Both the position numbers and the translations under genes were made by a program. 64,000 nt of DNA from Gammaproteobacteria bacterium. Lineage in GTDB: Bacteria; Pseudomonadota; Gammaproteobacteria; JAADGQ01. The notes below the pieces were generated by a model. It did not search any database, was not told where the DNA came from, and saw only the letters and a list, made by a program, of their open reading frames with translations. Within the stretch, counting starts at the first letter, position 1. Each line of letters starts with the position of its first letter. The stretch lies in NCBI GenBank assembly GCA_021648145.1, contig JAKITI010000004.1, forward strand, positions 63,848-127,847. The letters run 5' to 3'. Below are positions 58,855-64,000 of the stretch, one piece after another.

Positions 58855-59841
58855 ATGGGATTAGACAGTTTATTAATACCAGCAGTTCTATTTTTTGCAT
58901 TAGGTGCTTTTGCAAAATTTATTAATTCGGATCTCAAATTCCCTGAAGGGATGACAAAAGGGATTGGTCTATACTTATTAATGGCGATTGGTTTAAAAGG
59001 TGGTGTTGCATTAAGTGATGCTGATTTTGGCTTGGCAATTTCCAGTATTATTTGGGGCGTGATTCTTGGTTTCCTATTACCGTTGATTGGGTATGCACTT
59101 TTAAGGTTCAGAAATAAAATAAATCCTTTTGATGCAGCCGCTATTGCAGCACACTATGGTTCTGTCAGTGCAGCTACTTTTTTAACTGCCGTTGCTTTCT
59201 TAGAAGTTTCTGGTGTGGAATATGAAAGCTACCCAATTATTATGATGGTTATTATGGAAACGCCAGCCATTATTATTGGTCTTGTATTAGCGGCTCTAGC
59301 TCGAAAAAAATTAGCAGCAGCTTCTGGAGAGGCTATCCCTAAAACAGAGTGGAGCCCCTTACTTAAAGAGGCATTTACTAATGGTAGCGTGATTGTTTTG
59401 ATAGGTGCTTTAGTGATCGGTACTGTGGCAACGCCAGAGGCGATGGCTAAAGTGACTCCATTTACGAGTGATATATTCATGGGTGTGCTTTGCTTGTTTT
59501 TATTGGATATGGGCATGGAAGCAGCCAAAAAAGCGGGTACGCTTAGGAAGGTGGGTGGCGTTCTAGTTGCATTTGGTGTTGTGATGCCGCTTATTGGTGG
59601 TACGATTGGTGTGGTTGTTGGGGTCTCTTTTCTGGGGTTTTCGGTCGGAGGCGCTTTCTTGTTAGCCATATTGTCTGCCAGTGCATCGTATATTGCCGTA
59701 CCTCCAGTGATGCGTTACGGGGTGCCTGAAGCAAACTCATCGTATTACCTAACCTTATCATTGGGGATTACTTTCCCATTTAATGTCGTAATCGGAATAC
59801 CATTGTTTTATCAAATGGCGATTATGTACTCTGCACTCTAA
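58855..59841 (+). CDS. sbtA: SbtA-family (DUF897) putative Na+-dependent bicarbonate transporter
   Basis: 328 aa. Blocks co-linear with cyanobacterial SbtA include IGLKGGVAL, HYGSVSAATFLTAVAFLEVS, LLDMGMEAAKKAGTLRKV and SASASYIAVPPVMRYGVPEANSSYYL. Confidence 0.75.
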   Translation: MGLDSLLIPAVLFFALGAFAKFINSDLKFPEGMTKGIGLYLLMAIGLKGGVALSDADFGLAISSIIWGVILGFLLPLIGYALLRFRNKINPFDAAAIAAHYGSVSAATFLTAVAFLEVSGVEYESYPIIMMVIMETPAIIIGLVLAALARKKLAAASGEAIPKTEWSPLLKEAFTNGSVIVLIGALVIGTVATPEAMAKVTPFTSDIFMGVLCLFLLDMGMEAAKKAGTLRKVGGVLVAFGVVMPLIGGTIGVVVGVSFLGFSVGGAFLLAILSASASYIAVPPVMRYGVPEANSSYYLTLSLGITFPFNVVIGIPLFYQMAIMYSAL

Positions 59842-59855
59842 AAAGGAGCTAAATT

Positions 59856-60179
59856 ATGCCTGCTACAATGTGCCCTGGAAAATCTGTACACATCATTGTT
59901 AATGCAACCTTTGAGAATGAACTGGTTAGAGTATTAGATAAAGTCGGTGTCACTGGTTATACGCAGCTAGATGCTAGAGGAAATGGCTATTCTGGTGTTC
60001 AAGATGGTCATTCAGAAGGTGAGACAAATGTGATGTTTATTGTCTTGGTCACCTCTGAAGTCGCAGAAGTATTGATTGAAAGTCTGATTGATTATATCAA
60101 GCGTGGATACCCTATTGTTTCTTATACTAGCGATGTTGAAGTTTTGACTACTAATAAGTATGGCAAGCCGACAATATAG
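59856..60179 (+). CDS. sbtB: PII-like signalling protein, SbtB-type
   Basis: 107 aa with a PII-fold length and pattern, located immediately after sbtA. Confidence 0.65.
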   Translation: MPATMCPGKSVHIIVNATFENELVRVLDKVGVTGYTQLDARGNGYSGVQDGHSEGETNVMFIVLVTSEVAEVLIESLIDYIKRGYPIVSYTSDVEVLTTNKYGKPTI

Positions 60180-60188
60180 GATATTCAG

Positions 60189-60809
60189 ATGACACCCTTA
60201 GTTCTTGCTACCGGAAACCCTCATAAGGCGATTGAAATTGAATCAATGCTTGCCCCGTATAAGCTTGACCTCCATCGCCAGACTGAATTTTTTTCACAAG
60301 AGGTTGAAGAGGATGGGCTAAGTTATCTTGAAAATGCTTTAAAGAAAGCAAGATATGCAAGCCAAAGAACAGGGCTGCCTGCGCTTGCGGATGATTCAGG
60401 AATAGAGGTTGATATGCTTAAGGGGAGGCCTGGAATATATTCAGCACGTTACTCTGAAGGCTTTAATGGTTTGCATGCATCGGACAGACAGAACAATGAA
60501 ATGTTATTACATGAGTTACAAGGAGCCATTTCTTCTCAAAGATACGCCTGTTATATTTGCGTGATGGTATTCATTCGCCATGCTTTAGATCCTAACCCTG
60601 TCATAGGTTTAGGGAAATGGTGTGGTGAAGTTTTGTCTCATCCTAAAACCTTGTGCGGTGTTGGTTACGATCCTATTATGTGGTTTAGTGAATACAATAA
60701 AACGGGTTCAGAAATATCTATGGAGCTTAAGAATCAAGTGAGCCATAGAGCGAAAGCGCTACAGAGTCTTTTGCAAAATTTAAGACAGGAAGACTCATGG
60801 TCGAATTAA
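60189..60809 (+). CDS. rdgB: dITP/XTP pyrophosphatase (Ham1/RdgB family)
   Basis: 206 aa, co-linear with E. coli RdgB: [48 protein letters not shown]. Confidence 0.85.
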   Translation: MTPLVLATGNPHKAIEIESMLAPYKLDLHRQTEFFSQEVEEDGLSYLENALKKARYASQRTGLPALADDSGIEVDMLKGRPGIYSARYSEGFNGLHASDRQNNEMLLHELQGAISSQRYACYICVMVFIRHALDPNPVIGLGKWCGEVLSHPKTLCGVGYDPIMWFSEYNKTGSEISMELKNQVSHRAKALQSLLQNLRQEDSWSN

Positions 60810-61402
60810 GAACCTATGTTTTTTTAGATTCATTACAACCTCAACTAGCTTCTTATATGGGAACTGTTTCTATGGGGTTCTTGCCCGTCCCTGGTGATTC
60901 CTGTTTATGGATAGAGGTCGCTCCTGGGATGGCGGTTCACCGTGTTTCAGATATTGCTTTGAAAGCGTCTAATGCCAGGTTGGGCCAACAAGTTGTTGAG
61001 CGAGCTTATGGCTCAATGGTGATTCATCATCGTGACCAAAGCGATGTATTAGAGTCTGGAAATCACATTCTGCGCTACTTAAAGACCGAAGATGCTGATC
61101 GTCCATCTTGCCTGGTCAAATGGAATGAAGTTATTTGTAATATTACTGTAGATCATGCAACCTTAATTAATCGAGATAATCGTCGAGGTTCTATGGTTTT
61201 ACCTGGCCAAAGTATTTTCATTATGGAAACCGAGCCTGCCGGGTATATCATTTATGCTGCAAATGAAGCTGAAAAATCTTCAAACATCACCTTGGTAGAA
61301 GCAAAAGCAGTGGGTGCTTTCGGTCGATTGATTATGTCAGGTAAAGAAGCTGATATTATGGAAGCCTCTAGAGCTGCAATGCTTGCTTTGCAAAGACTAT
61401 AG
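60797..61402 (+). CDS. tandem-BMC-domain shell protein, CsoS1D-like (tentative)
   Basis: 201 aa with an internal duplication: [36 protein letters not shown] versus [34 protein letters not shown]. It ends with a BMC-like [31 protein letters not shown]. Confidence 0.45.
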   Translation: MVELRTYVFLDSLQPQLASYMGTVSMGFLPVPGDSCLWIEVAPGMAVHRVSDIALKASNARLGQQVVERAYGSMVIHHRDQSDVLESGNHILRYLKTEDADRPSCLVKWNEVICNITVDHATLINRDNRRGSMVLPGQSIFIMETEPAGYIIYAANEAEKSSNITLVEAKAVGAFGRLIMSGKEADIMEASRAAMLALQRL

Positions 61403-61441
61403 TCTTGTATAAGGAACCTCAGACTTAATCAGAGGTTAAAT

Positions 61442-62392
61442 ATGAATGAACAAGATACCTCCTCAAATCTTGCTGGATACCTGATTCGGCATGCTTCACT
61501 TCGTCAGATTCAAATTTTTGAAGCCGTCGCTAGAAATCTTAGCTTTACCAATGCAGCAAGGGAATTGTTTTTGACCCAGCCAACCGTATCGGCGCAGGTC
61601 AAAAGTTTTGGTGAATCAATTGAAATGCCTCTGTACGAACAAGTGGGAAGAAAAATTTACTTGACGGAAGTGGGGCAGCATGTTGCTTCCAGTTGTAGGG
61701 AAATTATACTTCAGCTCTCTAACCTCGAAATTTTATTAGATGATTTTAGAGGTATGACTCGTGGTAGTTTGAAAATTGGTATTGTTTCAACAGCAAAATA
61801 CTTTACTCCAATCGCTTTGGGAAAGTTTATTAAAAAGCACCCTGATATTGATTTAAGTCTAAAAATAACCAACCGAGACAATTTAGTTAAACGTATTCAT
61901 GATAATCTGGATGACTTGTATATTCTGGGGCAAGTTCCTGATACTAAGCTTGATTTAGAGGTTATTCCTTTTGCTGCCAACCCACTGGTTGTCATTGCGA
62001 ATAAAAATAATAAACTGGTGGGTAAAAAAGTTTCCTTAGAAGAGTTATCTAAACAGCCTTTTATTATGAGGGAAGAAGGTTCGGGTATTCGTTCTGTGGT
62101 AGAGAATATGTTTTCAAAAATGGATTTAAAGGTCAATGAAAGGGTGACTCTGGAAACAAATGAGGCAATTAAACATTGTGTTGTTGGTGACTTGGGTGTT
62201 GCGGTGGTTTCAAAGCAAACGTTATACCTTGAAGGTGATGCTAGCCCTGTAGTGATATTAGATGTCGAAGGGTTTCCGATCAATAAAGAGTGGAATATCG
62301 TGTACCTTAGGGGAAAGGAGCTCTCTTTGCTTGCGAAAGAATTTTTAGCCTTTTTGAAAAATAAAGGGACTGAGTACCTTCAATTAGATTAA
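61442..62392 (+). CDS. LysR-family transcriptional regulator (possible CbbR-like regulator of the CCM locus)
   Basis: 316 aa with an N-terminal HTH (LRQIQIFEAVARNLSFTNAARELFLTQPTVSAQVKSFGE) and a LysR substrate-binding domain. Confidence 0.8.
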   Translation: MNEQDTSSNLAGYLIRHASLRQIQIFEAVARNLSFTNAARELFLTQPTVSAQVKSFGESIEMPLYEQVGRKIYLTEVGQHVASSCREIILQLSNLEILLDDFRGMTRGSLKIGIVSTAKYFTPIALGKFIKKHPDIDLSLKITNRDNLVKRIHDNLDDLYILGQVPDTKLDLEVIPFAANPLVVIANKNNKLVGKKVSLEELSKQPFIMREEGSGIRSVVENMFSKMDLKVNERVTLETNEAIKHCVVGDLGVAVVSKQTLYLEGDASPVVILDVEGFPINKEWNIVYLRGKELSLLAKEFLAFLKNKGTEYLQLD

Positions 62393-62418
62393 TCTCCTCC
62401 AGTTTGTAGTGTTGTTGA

Positions 62419-63069
62419 GTGAAATATATGAATAATAAAACGATGAATAAAATAGCTGCAATTTTTTTTCTTTTTATTTTAAGCTCAGTCTCAGTGATGG
62501 CGGACGATGGCGCTGAGCGACTCTCTACTTTTCTTAAAAAATCACAAACCTTGCAAGCAGTATTTGAACAAACCGTGTTCGATGCGGATGGTGGGGTAAG
62601 CCAGCAAGCAAAAGGGCTGTTTTATCTTTCAAGACCGGGCCGTTTTCGTTGGGATTATACCGAGCCTTATAAGCAGCTGATTGTGGCGGATGGAAAAAAT
62701 ATCTGGCTGTATGATGATGATTTGGAACAGGTGACGGTTAAATCACAACAGAGTGGTTTAGGTGACCTTCCTGCGTTGTTACTTGCTGGTGGGGATCAAT
62801 CACTGGAAAAAAACTTTAAAATTAAATCACTGGGTTCGAGCGACTCTATCGAATGGCTGGAGCTATTGCCTAATACAGAAGAGCGCAGTTTTGAACGTGT
62901 GCGTTTAGGTTTGAAAGGTTCTGTTTTACAGGAGATGGAGCTGCTCGATGCATTCAATCAAACCACTCGACTCGTCTTCAGTGATATTAAACTGGGAGTT
63001 AAATTATCGCCATCACTTTTTAAATTTACTCCGCCCAAAGGTGTGGATGTTGTGGGTGATGTTGAGTAG
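62419..63069 (+). CDS. lolA: outer-membrane lipoprotein carrier protein LolA
   Basis: 216 aa with a signal peptide and the LolA motif FYLSRPGRFRWDYTEPYKQLIVADGKNIWLYD. Confidence 0.85.
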   Translation: MKYMNNKTMNKIAAIFFLFILSSVSVMADDGAERLSTFLKKSQTLQAVFEQTVFDADGGVSQQAKGLFYLSRPGRFRWDYTEPYKQLIVADGKNIWLYDDDLEQVTVKSQQSGLGDLPALLLAGGDQSLEKNFKIKSLGSSDSIEWLELLPNTEERSFERVRLGLKGSVLQEMELLDAFNQTTRLVFSDIKLGVKLSPSLFKFTPPKGVDVVGDVE

Positions 63070-64000
63070 TGATTAGCGATCCCTTCCGGCCTTTGGCTGA
63101 TCGCATGCGCCCTCAGGTGCTGGGTGATTTTTATGGACAAAGCCATCTGTTAGCGGCTAATAAACCGCTGAAATTATCGGTTGAAACCGGACGTTTGCAC
63201 TCCATGATTTTCTGGGGGCCGCCCGGTACAGGAAAAACAACACTGGCACGAATGATTGCTCGTTGCGCTGATGTTCATATGATTGAGATATCAGCGGTCA
63301 TGGCTGGAGTGAAAGAAGTACGCGGCGCGGTTGAGCAAGCCAAAAAAATTCGTCAAAAGGAAAATAGAAGCACATTGCTGTTTGTTGATGAGGTTCATCG
63401 TTTTAACAAATCTCAGCAAGATGCTTTTTTGCACAGCGTGGAAGATGGCACGCTGATGTTCATTGGAGCGACCACGGAAAACCCATCATTTGAACTCAAT
63501 AATGCGTTACTTTCACGGGCGCGTGTTTATGTTTTAAAGTCTTTACAATTACAAGAAATCATTCAGGTGCTCAAGCGGGCACTACACGACTCTGAGCGAG
63601 GTTTGGGTTCATTGTCTCTTGATATTGAAGAGGCTCAGCTTGAACGCATTGCAACCGCCGCGGATGGTGATGCAAGGCGTAGCTTGAATTTTCTGGATAT
63701 CGTCGCTGATCTTGCAGAAAAAAAAGGTGACCGGAATGTAGTGAGCGATGCTTTGCTCGATGAAGTTTTATCGGGGGGTACTCGCCGTTTTGATAACAAA
63801 GGTGAAGCATTTTACGACCAGATTTCAGCATTGCATAAGTCAGTGCGAGGCTCATCACCCGATGCAGCACTCTATTGGTTTTGCCGAATGCTGGATGGGG
63901 GCTGTGATCCGCTCTATCTGGCACGACGCGTGGTTCGGATTGCGAGTGAAGATATTGGCAATGCTGATCCACGTGCTTTGCAGATGGCGCTGAGTGCATG
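63070..64000 (+). CDS. rarA: replication-associated recombination protein A (AAA+), 3'-truncated by the window end
   Basis: It has a GTG start adjacent to the lolA stop. The translation begins ...RPQVLGDFYGQSHLL...MIFWGPPGTGKTTLARMIA...LLFVDEVHRFNKSQQDAFL. This ORF is not in the track because it is open-ended. Confidence 0.85.

Overview
This is a 64-kb window from an AT-rich gammaproteobacterial chemolithoautotroph. The gene content and order suggest a Thiomicrospira/Hydrogenovibrio/Thiomicrorhabdus-like organism; that is inferred, not tested. From left to right the window holds seven blocks. (1) A gnd-zwf-pgi sugar-phosphate operon. (2) A tandem array of secreted PL7-like polysaccharide-lyase paralogs, including a 5' fragment and duplicated promoters, next to an AT-rich glycosyltransferase/Wzy-like surface-polysaccharide cluster that carries an IS1-family insertion. 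(3) A housekeeping block of tRNA-Leu, rnr, rlmB, gltX, a promoter, tRNA-Ala and tRNA-Glu. (4) Directly after the tRNAs, a roughly 23-kb accessory-looking region, which I consider the most interesting part of the window. A divergent LytS/LytTR two-component system heads a strictly co-directional ~15-kb gene block: lipoprotein, HhH protein, kexin-like S8 protease plus a putative chaperone, an AGCS amino-acid transporter, a HepT/MntA toxin-antitoxin pair, an SPFH protein, PspA, flotillin and two unannotated small transmembrane peptides. The block ends in a second, paralogous LytS/LytTR pair. Five copies of a ~130-bp conserved intergenic module sit upstream of the transcription units in this block. 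Each carries a LytTR-type direct-repeat box, (A/G)CCACTTA-N12-ACCACTCA. This looks like a previously undescribed LytS/LytTR-controlled membrane-stress/envelope-remodelling regulon. (5) Two tandem DAACS transporters flanking slyX, then a DUF2058 gene and a spermidine-synthase-like membrane protein. (6) A truncated Bat (DUF58-DUF4381-BatA) cluster lacking MoxR. (7) An alpha-carboxysome/CO2-concentrating locus inserted between ftsK and lolA-rarA. It reads cbbL-cbbS-csoS2-csoSCA-csoS4A-csoS4B-csoS1-bfr-like-acRAF-McdB-like(WPD)-sbtA-sbtB-rdgB-csoS1D-like-lysR. No CRISPR arrays or rRNA genes were seen. All calls below come from reading the sequence and the ORF translations, with no database searches.
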